This document shows positions 17,104 to 26,904 of a stretch of 64,000 nt of DNA, in pieces. Location of the stretch: the sequence record OR413581.1; one strand, 5' to 3'. The translations under genes were made by a program, and so were the position numbers. Every line of letters begins with the position of its first letter. The first letter of the stretch is position 1. The notes beneath the pieces are model-generated. The model was not told the origin of the DNA. It ran no database searches and saw only the letters and a list, made by a program, of their open reading frames with translations.

Positions 17104-17844
17104 ATGTTGCGAGTCGTGAGTGAATCGCTCACGCTCCACACACAAAGTCTGATTAACTGTGTGGAGCAATACGGATGGATGTCGTGGATGGCAACGAACC
17201 GTGAGTTCGGTGCTGCGCCCATGGAAGATTATGACGTGTTGTACAAGTGGGGATTTGAAGCGGCTTGTGATGTTGTGGCAGAGCTGGTTACCGAAACAAT
17301 TGCGCGTTACAACGCAAGATGTGATGAACCGATGCCTAAACAAGTCCCGCCGCAAATACCTCCGCTACCGACAATCGATCGTGAGCACTGTCGAATCTGG
17401 ACAATGGAAGAGTTGTACGACGAACACGTTAGAATGCTGAAACCGAACGAGCTAATAACCGGTGCGTTGAACTGGTTCTTACATCGTTTCTGGACAGAGT
17501 TGGTCGATGTGGCGGGTGACGAAGATAATTGTTCTCAGGTTATTTGGTACGATCGAGCGATGTTTCATCGCAGTCTTAAAGATCGTAGTCTCTGCAACCT
17601 GTATATTGTTGACCCGTGTGAAGACATTGTAAAGGTAGCAGAAGGTAACTCTTATTCCGACTTGGTGATGCCCGTGGTAGAAAAACCGATGGGTATTTTC
17701 CTGCAGGGAGACGCTTGGGTTTTAACGGATGATATCTCGGGCTACCTGCTGGACCCGGATGACATTCACTCGGACGAACCTGATACCATCGAGTATTTTC
17801 ACTTTACAGAACAGGCAGCACGCTTCTTGCATCTCTTAAAGTAA
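17104..17844 (+). CDS. Hypothetical protein
   Basis: SD GAGGTG supports ATG 17104. Confidence 0.75.
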   Translation: MLRVVSESLTLHTQSLINCVEQYGWMSWMATNREFGAAPMEDYDVLYKWGFEAACDVVAELVTETIARYNARCDEPMPKQVPPQIPPLPTIDREHCRIWTMEELYDEHVRMLKPNELITGALNWFLHRFWTELVDVAGDEDNCSQVIWYDRAMFHRSLKDRSLCNLYIVDPCEDIVKVAEGNSYSDLVMPVVEKPMGIFLQGDAWVLTDDISGYLLDPDDIHSDEPDTIEYFHFTEQAARFLHLLK

Positions 17845-17845
17845 T

Positions 17846-17870
17846 CTGAGATAGATATTATCTACAGGGA
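17846..17870 (+). promoter_or_regulatory. Early-type promoter motif (copy 5)
   Basis: CTGAGATAGATATTATCTACAGGGA, compare CTGAGATATATATTACTTA at 58032; core TAGATA-T-TATCTA is a dyad. Confidence 0.7.
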
Positions 17871-17897
17871 CGTAACCTTAAGGAGAATTTATTCACG

Positions 17898-18632
17898 ATG
17901 CTTAAAGTCGAAGTGCCAGTGCTTTTAAACCTCACGCCCCAGTTCTTTGAAGCGTTGTTCGAAAAGCATTGGCCCGCGTTCGCGAAGAACGAACTAAAGG
18001 ATAACCCACAGTGGTATCCACTGCGCGATGAATTCAAGTACACAGCCATCAACGTCTGTATAGAAGTCTTCACTGCGTGGTTACAAGAGATGTACGACTG
18101 CATCAACACCGAACGGTTGTTCACGCTAGAACATGTAGAGATTAATGTTGTTGACGTCTACGAAGGTTACACCTACGAAGAAGGCATTACTGCCACGGGG
18201 TTAAGCCAACAAGACGTTGAAGAACAAATCTTTGCGTGGATCGAGTGGTTCACGGAAAAGTTGATGCTGGCTGATTTTGTCACGCAGGTGGAAGATGTAT
18301 TCATCCCAATGTACGAGCGGTTAGCTGAGATACGTCGTAACCATCGTCTGCTCGGTTACTGGTATGACACTTATACCACCTCCTCAACATTGTGGTCTTC
18401 CGCTACTGCCGCATTTGGCATAACTGAAGGCGATTACGATGTCATTCATTCCGGTCCTTGGCAGTATGGTTTCGGCACCCTGTGGCACGAGCTGACCGAT
18501 GCCATGTGTCTGGACTTTTATCTGTGTGGAGGTAAGTTTTACACGGATAACTGCGTGAGCCAAATTCCGAATGGTGCGATGGTGGTGATGTGTCGCATCC
18601 GTAAAGAAGTCGCTGAGAAACTAAACTACTGA
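17898..18632 (+). CDS. Hypothetical protein
   Basis: SD AAGGAG; 244 aa. Confidence 0.85.
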   Translation: MLKVEVPVLLNLTPQFFEALFEKHWPAFAKNELKDNPQWYPLRDEFKYTAINVCIEVFTAWLQEMYDCINTERLFTLEHVEINVVDVYEGYTYEEGITATGLSQQDVEEQIFAWIEWFTEKLMLADFVTQVEDVFIPMYERLAEIRRNHRLLGYWYDTYTTSSTLWSSATAAFGITEGDYDVIHSGPWQYGFGTLWHELTDAMCLDFYLCGGKFYTDNCVSQIPNGAMVVMCRIRKEVAEKLNY

Positions 18633-18645
18633 AGGAGTATTTAAA

Positions 18646-19023
18646 ATGACGCAAGACGAATTTGAAACGATGGTAAAACAGTATTACAAAGAAGGTGTGA
18701 TTCTCTATATTGTCGAACCGGGACAAGAAGCCTGGTTAAATAAAGCAACGCTGAGTGTCGCTATTCGTGGAGAAGTGACAGTAGAGATGCGCAATATGGC
18801 ACGTCTTATTCGCGATACTGCGATTACTGGCGGTAAACTGGTGTCTCTTGCGCATTTCAGAACACAGGGTCGCGATCAGGTATCGCTGGATGCTGAAGTT
18901 GATGTCGTTGCTACTGTTGGTTTTGATTTAGATGGTCTTCCAGGCTCGAACCTTGTCGTGATTAAGAAATGGCGTGGATACGATGCAATCCCATCGCCAG
19001 GGGTGTGGCCGGCAACCAACTAG
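18646..19023 (+). CDS. Hypothetical protein
   Basis: SD AAGGAG. Confidence 0.8.
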   Translation: MTQDEFETMVKQYYKEGVILYIVEPGQEAWLNKATLSVAIRGEVTVEMRNMARLIRDTAITGGKLVSLAHFRTQGRDQVSLDAEVDVVATVGFDLDGLPGSNLVVIKKWRGYDAIPSPGVWPATN

Positions 19024-19034
19024 AGGTGGTCGCT

Positions 19035-19442
19035 ATGTTAAAGGTGTATAGCGAGTCATTGATGGACTTGCAAGAGTATCTAAAGCATGTGGAAATTAAC
19101 GGCAACCGTGGAATGATATACTCCATGGTTGTCGAGATTTTAATTAAAATCGTGCTTGTTTCATTCCACGTAGCAGAAAATGGCACTGCTGTACCAGGAG
19201 ATGTTTATAAAGGCGTTATTAAGCATCTTAGCGAGCGCTACAGTTGTTTACGTGAACCGGATATCTTTAATGAGGTGCAGCGTGTTGTGTTGCTTATCCT
19301 CGACAACCGTGAAGACTTGGCGTACAAGCTTGCGCATGAATTGGCAGACACGTCACAGCACGGTGGACAACTGAAATATAACGTTGTGGATCTCGTAGCG
19401 TGCAGATACTGGTATACGCAGCCCGAGGTAAGTAACTTTTAA
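19035..19442 (+). CDS. Hypothetical protein
   Basis: SD GAGGT supports ATG 19035 rather than 18969. Confidence 0.75.
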   Translation: MLKVYSESLMDLQEYLKHVEINGNRGMIYSMVVEILIKIVLVSFHVAENGTAVPGDVYKGVIKHLSERYSCLREPDIFNEVQRVVLLILDNREDLAYKLAHELADTSQHGGQLKYNVVDLVACRYWYTQPEVSNF

Positions 19443-19452
19443 GGAGCATTAG

Positions 19453-19992
19453 ATGCAAATCGTAATTGACTTCGCTCTGTCGGAGTCGAGACGTCAGCTA
19501 GATGAAATTCTGTTAGGATTAAAACGTGACGTGGAATTTGAACTTCACGATGCGTTGGCCGTCCACGAAAATCGTTTGTCTGACGAAATAGGTTCGGGTG
19601 TAGATGTGGCTATCTGTGACACTGGGGATATGGTAAATCAGCTTATTGAACGTATATTCACGCGGCTGCGTAACATTCTGAACTATCCCCATCGTTTTGA
19701 ACTGGTAGAAGGGACGGACCAAATCACCGACTTATTGAGTGAAGCCTTTGATAAGGTTGGTGAATCTCTGGCGGGGTTACATCAAGAGAACCTGGGCGAG
19801 ACATATGTTGCTGTGGTCATTAACGGGCAAACGTCGAACGTTACGGATACGGTAACATGGTCCGATATCGTTGACCAGCCAATCATTGACAAAATCACCA
19901 AGCTGTATCGTGAGGCGGAGATGAAGGTGCTGGCTATCTGTCGTCGCGAACTGCTCTATCTCGGCGAGAAATATGGGAAACCTGTTGAATGA
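19453..19992 (+). CDS. Hypothetical protein
   Basis: SD AAGGAG. Confidence 0.8.
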   Translation: MQIVIDFALSESRRQLDEILLGLKRDVEFELHDALAVHENRLSDEIGSGVDVAICDTGDMVNQLIERIFTRLRNILNYPHRFELVEGTDQITDLLSEAFDKVGESLAGLHQENLGETYVAVVINGQTSNVTDTVTWSDIVDQPIIDKITKLYREAEMKVLAICRRELLYLGEKYGKPVE

Positions 19993-20531
19993 AAATATTC
20001 ATTGATTTACTCGATGACGAATTTCGTGAAATATTTCCAGCGGCGTTGTTCGAGTTTAAGCGTAAGTGTGAAGACTATCTGATACCGAAGAATATCGATC
20101 GTCAACACCTCGCTGGACTTATCTCTGCGGCGTACGTCAATATCGCGGTAAATGAAGTTCATCAACTCGCGCAACGTATTGCGTGTTTCGAATACAACGA
20201 CGAAGACATTGAAGACGGCTTCCTGCAGTCTAAGATGGGTCGCTTCTCACTCGAACTCAAGACCGATGAGGTTATTGATAAGGTCGGTAAAGCCTTTGAT
20301 GAAATGAAGGACATCGAAATGATGATTAAGATGTCTGGACCGGAAGCAGGCCCATTGAAAGAAGCGTGGGAACATCTCAACCGCGACGAGTATAAAGAGA
20401 TGTACATGGGCGAGTTCACCACCATGCTACGTCACCTCGAAGCACAGGTCTGGGAGCATATCGTTTCACGTCTGAAAGAAATACTGATTGTGGTCGAGCC
20501 AATGCAGCCTCTTGCTATCAGTAAATTCTAA
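19989..20531 (+). CDS. Hypothetical protein
   Basis: ATGA overlap with upstream stop. Confidence 0.8.
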   Translation: MKIFIDLLDDEFREIFPAALFEFKRKCEDYLIPKNIDRQHLAGLISAAYVNIAVNEVHQLAQRIACFEYNDEDIEDGFLQSKMGRFSLELKTDEVIDKVGKAFDEMKDIEMMIKMSGPEAGPLKEAWEHLNRDEYKEMYMGEFTTMLRHLEAQVWEHIVSRLKEILIVVEPMQPLAISKF

Positions 20532-20540
20532 ATCGGTCCG

Positions 20541-20600
20541 AAATAAAATAAAGCCTACCCACTCCCGTAAGGGGAGTGGGTACTGCTTACTTTTTATTTT
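20541..20600. terminator. Bidirectional terminator
   Basis: TACCCACTCCC-GTAAG-GGGAGTGGGTA with flanking A and T tracts at a convergent junction. Confidence 0.88.
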
Positions 20601-21349
20601 TTGTTTGCTTTCAGGGTCTTGAGGCGATCACCGGTTACGTTCAGGCATTCTGTCAGTTCATTAATCTGTTTCATAAACAGTCCGAACAGCTCAACCCAGT
20701 CAGCACCCATGTCAGCCATTTTCACTAACTCTGCCGCCACATTAGGATGGACTTGTGAATTAGAGATAATGTCTACAGAGACGTTGATGCTTTCAACTGT
20801 ACGGTCAATACCTTTCTGGAGTTTCTTAGTCACTTCCAGGTTCAGCGCTTTGGCACGATTAAACGCAACGTCAATCTCACCTGCACTGTGGTAGGTCTTT
20901 TCAATCGCACGCTGGTCGATCACATTGTTGGTGTACGACTTCGCCAGTTTTTCAACCAGGTCTTTCGGATTGATGTTTTTCAGTGGATAGTTCAGGTCTT
21001 TGAACTTAAATCCGATAGGCAGTGTCAGCATACCCAGGTCGTGTGTCATCGCACCGAAACGTTTATCGATGGGTGTTAAAACCCCCTCCTGAATCTTCTG
21101 GAGCACAGCCCATACAGATTCCAACCGTTCTATGTGGTCCATCACATACGTGTTGAAGCCCGGAGGTACGGGTACAAGCATTCCGGTAAAGTTTAAAAAC
21201 TTCTCTTGCTGCATCCACTTGGACACATCAGACATGTCGTCATAGGTGGTCAGCGCGAGTTCCTGTTGAGAGCCGCTAAAGGCTTTAGGCAGAATCGTGG
21301 ATGCTTTGGCAACAAAGCCCGACAACGCTGCAAGTGGATTAACATTCAT
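20594..21349 (-). CDS. Putative virion (head) protein
   Basis: 251-aa ORF with SD GAGGT; size and position match SPN3US gp214 (recalled). Confidence 0.55.
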   Translation of the reverse strand: MNVNPLAALSGFVAKASTILPKAFSGSQQELALTTYDDMSDVSKWMQQEKFLNFTGMLVPVPPGFNTYVMDHIERLESVWAVLQKIQEGVLTPIDKRFGAMTHDLGMLTLPIGFKFKDLNYPLKNINPKDLVEKLAKSYTNNVIDQRAIEKTYHSAGEIDVAFNRAKALNLEVTKKLQKGIDRTVESINVSVDIISNSQVHPNVAAELVKMADMGADWVELFGLFMKQINELTECLNVTGDRLKTLKANKK

Positions 21350-21447
21350 TCTATCAACCTCGAATATATAAGGGATTGGGCTACATAGTAAGTCTTTTAC
21401 GTATCACCCAAACCTTATGTACGAGAACTGCATAAAGGTAACATCTG

Positions 21448-21747
21448 ATGAGAATCAAATTACTGACTCGCGCTTTAACCTCTCGTATCGAACCTGAGAT
21501 TTACACCACCCCGACGAAGAAGAATACCGATGGTAGTCCGATCGTGGTTGGTAAAATCCTGAACGTGACCACTCGTGCTGATGGTCAGCGCGTTCTGGAA
21601 ATCGAAATCGACGAACGTAACCGTAACCGCTTCAAGGGCATTTCTAATATCAACCCTAAAGATGACAGTCAAGTCACCGAGTGGGCAGAAATGCATTTCG
21701 AAGTTTGGCATAAACGTCGTCTGTTACTCCCACTGAAAAAACGCTAA
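21448..21747 (+). CDS. Hypothetical protein
   Basis: SD AAGGT; precedes uvsX. Confidence 0.75.
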   Translation: MRIKLLTRALTSRIEPEIYTTPTKKNTDGSPIVVGKILNVTTRADGQRVLEIEIDERNRNRFKGISNINPKDDSQVTEWAEMHFEVWHKRRLLLPLKKR

Positions 21748-21762
21748 TTGACGGAGCGCTAA

Positions 21763-23256
21763 ATGGCAGGTCCAGCTAAACAAGTCATGGGTGAAGTGAT
21801 TCGCCCTCGTTTTAACGTATATACCATCATGGACCACGCTCTCGGTAACTACGAGCGCGGGGAAGATGGTTTGTACTACCTCAACGGTGGTTTTGCCCAC
21901 ATCATGGGCTTCGCAGGTCGTGGGAATACCTTTAAGTCCACCTTATTGGACTTCTGTATTTTCATGATTCTGCAACGTTATAATGCAGCCTGGGGATCGA
22001 AATACGATACCGAAGTTACGGCAGCATTAAGTCGTCTGGAAACGGGGTACATTTCCGCAGCGAAAGCAAACGGATTAGAAGTATCACCAACAGGCGGCGT
22101 GCTGGACCTGATCCACGAAGGTCGTTACAACATGGTTGGCTCGGATATCATGGCGGGTGAGGAGTATTACTCTGCTTATATCCGTGACGAAGTCGAAAAA
22201 CGTTTCAAAGAGTACATGGCTGGTAAGGCACGCGAAACACCGTTCCCGGACCCAATCCGTCGCTCTGCGAAAAAGATTCTCGACCCGTGGTTGTACTCGA
22301 TTGACTCCCTGTCCGAATGGCACACTTCTTCCCTGGAAGAGAAACATGCCAAATCAGAAGTCGGTGATTCTGAACAGAACATCCTGAACGCCCACGATGC
22401 GTTGCAGAAATCGAACATGATGAGCCGTTGGCCGTCTGCGTTTGCGCGTGGTGGTTTCTATATGGGCTTCGTTGCTCAGTTGGCCGACGATGCGGGTAAA
22501 GCAATGGCGGCAGGTGGCCGTGGTGGACCGAAGGCGAACGGTAAACTGTTGGACGATGCAGGCGATGATCTGAAGTTTGCGGGTATCCCGCGCCGTCAGT
22601 TGTCGTTCTTAACTAACTCCCTGCTGGTTGCAACCAAGTCTGGTGAGTTGAAGCAGGATCAGACTTACAACGCGAAGACCGGTGTAAACGAAGAGAAATA
22701 CCCGACTGCGCGTTCGAAAGCAATGAATGCTTCGGTGAACGACCTGAAAGAAATTGTTTTCACGCAGTACCGTGCGAAGGGTGGTCACACAGGCGTTAAG
22801 TTCAAAATGGTCTTCTCGCAGGAGATGGGTCTGCTTTATCACCTCTCTCTGTGGCATTACCTGAGCGACACACTGAAAGATGAATGGGGCTACAAACGTA
22901 GTGGTGCTAACTATACCCTCGATTTGCTACCTGGTACATCTTTCATGCGTACCACGATTCGCGACATGTGTGACAGCAACCCGCGTTTGCGCCGTGCGTT
23001 GGAAATCACCGCCGCACTAGCGTACATGCAGAATAACTACCACCGACTGGAAATGAAGTACCATCTCTCACCGGCGGAGCTTTATAAAGTTATCGACGAA
23101 AAGTGGGACTGGAATGAAATTCTGGACAATACAGTGGAATACTGGATGTTCAAGGATCAGGAAGTCAAAGGTGGTAAGCGTTGCTTAACAGCAATGTCAT
23201 TACTGGCGATGGCCGTGGATGGTCTGGAACCTAAGTTCTTGACTAAGAAGAAATAA
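21763..23256 (+). CDS. uvsX: UvsX/RecA-like recombinase
   Basis: Walker A AGRGNTFKST preceded by NGG, Walker B YSIDSL; typical divergent phiKZ-like RecA. Confidence 0.82.
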   Translation: MAGPAKQVMGEVIRPRFNVYTIMDHALGNYERGEDGLYYLNGGFAHIMGFAGRGNTFKSTLLDFCIFMILQRYNAAWGSKYDTEVTAALSRLETGYISAAKANGLEVSPTGGVLDLIHEGRYNMVGSDIMAGEEYYSAYIRDEVEKRFKEYMAGKARETPFPDPIRRSAKKILDPWLYSIDSLSEWHTSSLEEKHAKSEVGDSEQNILNAHDALQKSNMMSRWPSAFARGGFYMGFVAQLADDAGKAMAAGGRGGPKANGKLLDDAGDDLKFAGIPRRQLSFLTNSLLVATKSGELKQDQTYNAKTGVNEEKYPTARSKAMNASVNDLKEIVFTQYRAKGGHTGVKFKMVFSQEMGLLYHLSLWHYLSDTLKDEWGYKRSGANYTLDLLPGTSFMRTTIRDMCDSNPRLRRALEITAALAYMQNNYHRLEMKYHLSPAELYKVIDEKWDWNEILDNTVEYWMFKDQEVKGGKRCLTAMSLLAMAVDGLEPKFLTKKK

Positions 23257-23260
23257 GCAT

Positions 23261-23284
23261 GGGCGGGGCAACCCGCCTGTTTTT
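23261..23284 (+). terminator. Intrinsic terminator
   Basis: GGGCGGG-GCAA-CCCGCCT then GTTTTT; GNRA loop. Confidence 0.8.
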
Positions 23285-23301
23285 CCCCCTGAGGATTAGC
23301 G

Positions 23302-23577
23302 ATGCGTTATCAGAAAGATATTGTAGAGCGTCTGTGTCTGGGTCTCGCTGGTATTAGCCAGGAACTTAGCACCGCGTTCCATAACGAGTTCTCAGCACCG
23401 CGACATGCACTGTCTGAATTTAGTCATCAGGTAAATGCCCATTACGGCAACCTGATTAATGATAAACCGAAGGTTGATGCGGTCGGTGTGCCTGAACACA
23501 ATGAAGATATCCCGTACTGGATTGAAGACCTGGAACGTGTGGTTCTTCCAGTGCTCCGTGAGAGGATGAAAAAATGA
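23302..23577 (+). CDS. Hypothetical protein
   Basis: SD GAGGA; ATGA overlap with the RNAP subunit gene. Confidence 0.75.
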   Translation: MRYQKDIVERLCLGLAGISQELSTAFHNEFSAPRHALSEFSHQVNAHYGNLINDKPKVDAVGVPEHNEDIPYWIEDLERVVLPVLRERMKK

Positions 23578-24242
23578 GATTAGACCCGGCACGGCGAAAA
23601 AAAGCAGAAGCTTATGCTTTACAGTTACTGAACTTAGTTGACCCGACCGGGATTAACGCGGAAGCTGCCAAGCGCGCTTTCTCACGAATGTCTGACGAAG
23701 AGTTCAATCGTCTGCGCGAAGGGTTGCCTGTTTACAACCCAACTGGCGGCAAGGTCAAAATTGACCATATGCGCAATATTAAAATTTGCGAAGCGATGGG
23801 ACTGAACTTGTGTCAGCGCCTGTGGCTCACGGAACCGAAAACCGGTATCCTACAGCGTACCCGTTACCCCCATTTAGTCTTCCGCCTGCCTGCACGTCGC
23901 CAGACGCAGATGCAAGAGAAGAAAATGGCGGTGGCGAAGAACGATAAAGTCCGCGATAAACTCTCAGGTCAGGTAGTAGGACCTTCCAAAGCTTCGGGTG
24001 TTTCGTTTCCAGAAGCGTACATCATGTACTCGGATGGACACGACTCAACGCTCCAGGAGTTCCTGTGGGCGCGTGGTGGTAACGATACGTTACAACGTGC
24101 GTTCTATCAATCGCTACGGCAAACCGGTAAAGGTCGCATCAACCTGGAAGGGGCTGAGCGTACCAGTTCAAAAGCGCCGCGTACATGGTCTTCGTACTTT
24201 AAAGCAATGCACATCGGTAACAACTTAGGACGCCCGGAATGA
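23574..24242 (+). CDS. rpoB: Virion RNA polymerase beta subunit, C-terminal fragment
   Basis: SGQVVGPSKASGVSFPEAYIMYSDGHDSTLQEFLWARGG corresponds to the beta C-terminal TQQP..[25 protein letters not shown] region; 222 aa like SPN3US gp218 (recalled). Confidence 0.75.
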   Translation: MRLDPARRKKAEAYALQLLNLVDPTGINAEAAKRAFSRMSDEEFNRLREGLPVYNPTGGKVKIDHMRNIKICEAMGLNLCQRLWLTEPKTGILQRTRYPHLVFRLPARRQTQMQEKKMAVAKNDKVRDKLSGQVVGPSKASGVSFPEAYIMYSDGHDSTLQEFLWARGGNDTLQRAFYQSLRQTGKGRINLEGAERTSSKAPRTWSSYFKAMHIGNNLGRPE

Positions 24243-24967
24243 GATTAGGACGCCGTTTCTTAGTCGATATCGACACAATCTTCGATACACGAATTGGTTG
24301 GGCGAAAGTGCTGCAGCCTGATGTATTAGAGAAGCTTGATTTAGAAGTGTATCGGATGCGGTTCACGGATGCGTGGGCCGAAGTGGTAGGAATTCAGGAC
24401 TGGAATAAAAAGTTCGCGGAGCGTGATAAACGCGCGTTGCAGAACGCGCAGCCAACAGAAATGTTGCTTACGCTAAAGAACGAAGTACAGGCAATGTTAA
24501 TGACGATACAGATGCACGCTCCTATCGAGCGACCAGTCTTAACGTTTAACCTGTGGCCATACGCTGATCTCGATGATGAAGAACGTCATGCGTTTTTGGA
24601 AGAGCTGCGTTACTATTATAACGAAGTGCAAGTAGACGTCGTTGTTATTCCTCACAGCGATCTTACACCAGGACGACTTGCTTCGGCGTGGGACGGTTGG
24701 ATAATGTACGACTGGTACCCGTGGATAGAACAACACGCGGGCCATTTCCAGAAACCGATTCCGGATTTCACCATTACCCGACCGAGTATGCTGACCAGCG
24801 AATTAACGGAAGAAGCCATCGCGCAAATAAAAAGAGATAAGGTGAACCCCTTTAAGGAGTCCACCCGTTTTCTTGCTCAATACGTCGGTACTGACGTAAA
24901 GGACACTGCGCTGTTTAGTCTTCGTCGTCATCAGCAGGACGACGACTCGCAAACGCAGACGCCATGA
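24239..24967 (+). CDS. Conserved phiKZ-like hypothetical protein
   Basis: ATGA overlap; 242-aa open frame. Confidence 0.75.
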   Translation: MRLGRRFLVDIDTIFDTRIGWAKVLQPDVLEKLDLEVYRMRFTDAWAEVVGIQDWNKKFAERDKRALQNAQPTEMLLTLKNEVQAMLMTIQMHAPIERPVLTFNLWPYADLDDEERHAFLEELRYYYNEVQVDVVVIPHSDLTPGRLASAWDGWIMYDWYPWIEQHAGHFQKPIPDFTITRPSMLTSELTEEAIAQIKRDKVNPFKESTRFLAQYVGTDVKDTALFSLRRHQQDDDSQTQTP

Positions 24968-25385
24968 TCTGGTCAACGTCAATCTTTTCGCCTACTGGTG
25001 CCAACTCACCTTCTTTCGGAGGCCGTACTGCGGCAATCTGTGGGACGGTGGGTTGGTATCCGTTATTTAAATCTTCTTCATCGTCGTGACGTTTGATACC
25101 AACGCCAGCACGGGTCATTAAGAAGCCGTTTAAACTGTTGGCCAAATCTTGAGTCGCCTCAGCGCCTTTCTCAGCAGCTTTAATTTTCCGCTTCGTCATG
25201 ACCTGTTTGTCGATGCCGTTGATTAGGCGTTCGATTCGGTCGACGGCTTTTAAGTCTTTGTGTACTTCACCGTCGTTCACCATATCCGTGACGAGCTTAA
25301 CGCGTAGCTGTTGTGTTTGGCGGAGAAGCGAATCTTCGTTGTCCACATCTCCGTCGAACGCTTGGTATTTCACTTCTTCGCTCAT
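24915..25385 (-). CDS. Hypothetical coiled-coil protein
   Basis: SD GAGGT on minus strand; 3' ends overlap with the convergent gene. Confidence 0.7.
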   Translation of the reverse strand: MSEEVKYQAFDGDVDNEDSLLRQTQQLRVKLVTDMVNDGEVHKDLKAVDRIERLINGIDKQVMTKRKIKAAEKGAEATQDLANSLNGFLMTRAGVGIKRHDDEEDLNNGYQPTVPQIAAVRPPKEGELAPVGEKIDVDQIMASAFASRRPADDDED

Positions 25386-25400
25386 GGGATAACCTCATCT

Positions 25401-25434
25401 CAAAAAGAACTCAGACAGATATTATCTATCCGAG
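25401..25434 (+). promoter_or_regulatory. Early-type promoter motif (copy 6)
   Basis: CAAAAAGAACTCAGACAGATATTATCTATCCGAG; shares CAAAAAGAACT-x-AGA-x-A-x-ATATTA with 58023. Confidence 0.72.
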
Positions 25435-25461
25435 ACAACATCTCATAATAGGATAACACCT

Positions 25462-25992
25462 ATGCTTTTTAAATGGCTTTCAACACTCCTGCGTCGTAAG
25501 GCTGTAGAAGCTCGCAGACGCTCTTTGGAGGCTGAGTTTCATAAGAATACCCATAACACCCTACACAGAGTGATGGTGGGCTTAGAACTCATTACAGAGC
25601 CTCTGGAATATAATGGGAAAGAATACCTTCCTTTTTCATTGCGTGGACAACTCGAATTACGTATTCGAGATTTTGACACGTTGGTGGAGCGATTGGAATT
25701 CTTCATTTCTGAGTATAACCGTGTATCCAGTAGCAACATTCCCAATCAACGTTGGTTAGAGTTGCCTGAGGCAATCGATAGAAAAGGAGAGAGTTCAGAA
25801 CCACGATGGCTTGATCATTATTTCGGTGCATCCGATCCTGAAGTCGCGCGCGATAAACTGCGCACAGTCTTCGCTATGTTAGAACTGTATCAGCGTGCAT
25901 TTGATAAACAAACACCCGAACAGGATACGCTGTTTAATCAAACCGCACATATCTTCCGCGAGTTAGAAGTGATAGTGGAACACTATCTCTAA
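25462..25992 (+). CDS. Hypothetical protein
   Basis: SD AGGA; 176 aa. Confidence 0.75.
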   Translation: MLFKWLSTLLRRKAVEARRRSLEAEFHKNTHNTLHRVMVGLELITEPLEYNGKEYLPFSLRGQLELRIRDFDTLVERLEFFISEYNRVSSSNIPNQRWLELPEAIDRKGESSEPRWLDHYFGASDPEVARDKLRTVFAMLELYQRAFDKQTPEQDTLFNQTAHIFRELEVIVEHYL

Positions 25993-26025
25993 CTTTTAAT
26001 CTATTCCCTTGTAACAAGGTGATGT

Positions 26026-26904
26026 ATGGATGATGAGAAAAAGCCGCCGCTGAATAGCACACGCGAGCAAATTTGGCACGGTACGCCACCGGCGTCAGAT
26101 TCCAGCTACCCGTTAAGGAAAGCTTATTGGAATCTGGTTAAGTTGATGGGTATTAGCGACGGGATATGGAAAAACCTTATCCGTCAACATGTCAACGACC
26201 CGGAGTATCTGAAACAGTTTCGTGACAGCAAACTGACCACGATGACCGACCGCGTTAACCGGCTGAACACCTCACTTACGGGTGGTTCGGTACGTAACCT
26301 GACAGTCGATTTTACGTGGAAACGTTTCATCGAGGGATTAGTTATCCTGGAGATGCAAACGCTAACAGTCACCCTGCTGACTAAGCGGGGAAGCTTTGAC
26401 ACGAAGTGTTTTGTATTCGACAGTACGTTTGTGCGTGAGGACTTCATTAAGAACTTACGTAATGAGAACAGGAAGAAACGTAAAGAGCGTTTCGAGCATC
26501 CTGCATCTCACGACGTTAACGAGTATGTCGCGAACATCGACCACACTATCGAACATGTGATGAAGCACATTCTCCTGCGTTTAATCTACAAAGTTATTCG
26601 TGGGTATAAAATCGATGGTGATAAACTGGAACGGTGGACGACGAACTACGTCAACAACCCTAAGTTGTGCCCAGGCACATCATCCAAACGTGGGGACAGA
26701 CGAAACAACATGAAACAGGCGATGCGTCACACCGAGGCAATCACCTGGCGTTGGTTTCTAATAATCTTACAAGCGCTGGACGTACGTGAGTTCGAAATCA
26801 CTTTCAAAGTTCGTCATCGTAGTGGTAGAGAATATGAGGTCAGCGACGACGTTCCGTTAGCGACGTATAGATTCTGGAGTTCCAATGAAACTGAACAACC
26901 TTGA
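26026..26904 (+). CDS. Protein with an internal tandem domain duplication
   Basis: Two halves align: ..VNDP..DRVN..FTWKRFIEGLVILE.. and ..VNNP..DRRN..ITWRWFLIILQALD.. Confidence 0.75.
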   Translation: MDDEKKPPLNSTREQIWHGTPPASDSSYPLRKAYWNLVKLMGISDGIWKNLIRQHVNDPEYLKQFRDSKLTTMTDRVNRLNTSLTGGSVRNLTVDFTWKRFIEGLVILEMQTLTVTLLTKRGSFDTKCFVFDSTFVREDFIKNLRNENRKKRKERFEHPASHDVNEYVANIDHTIEHVMKHILLRLIYKVIRGYKIDGDKLERWTTNYVNNPKLCPGTSSKRGDRRNNMKQAMRHTEAITWRWFLIILQALDVREFEITFKVRHRSGREYEVSDDVPLATYRFWSSNETEQP

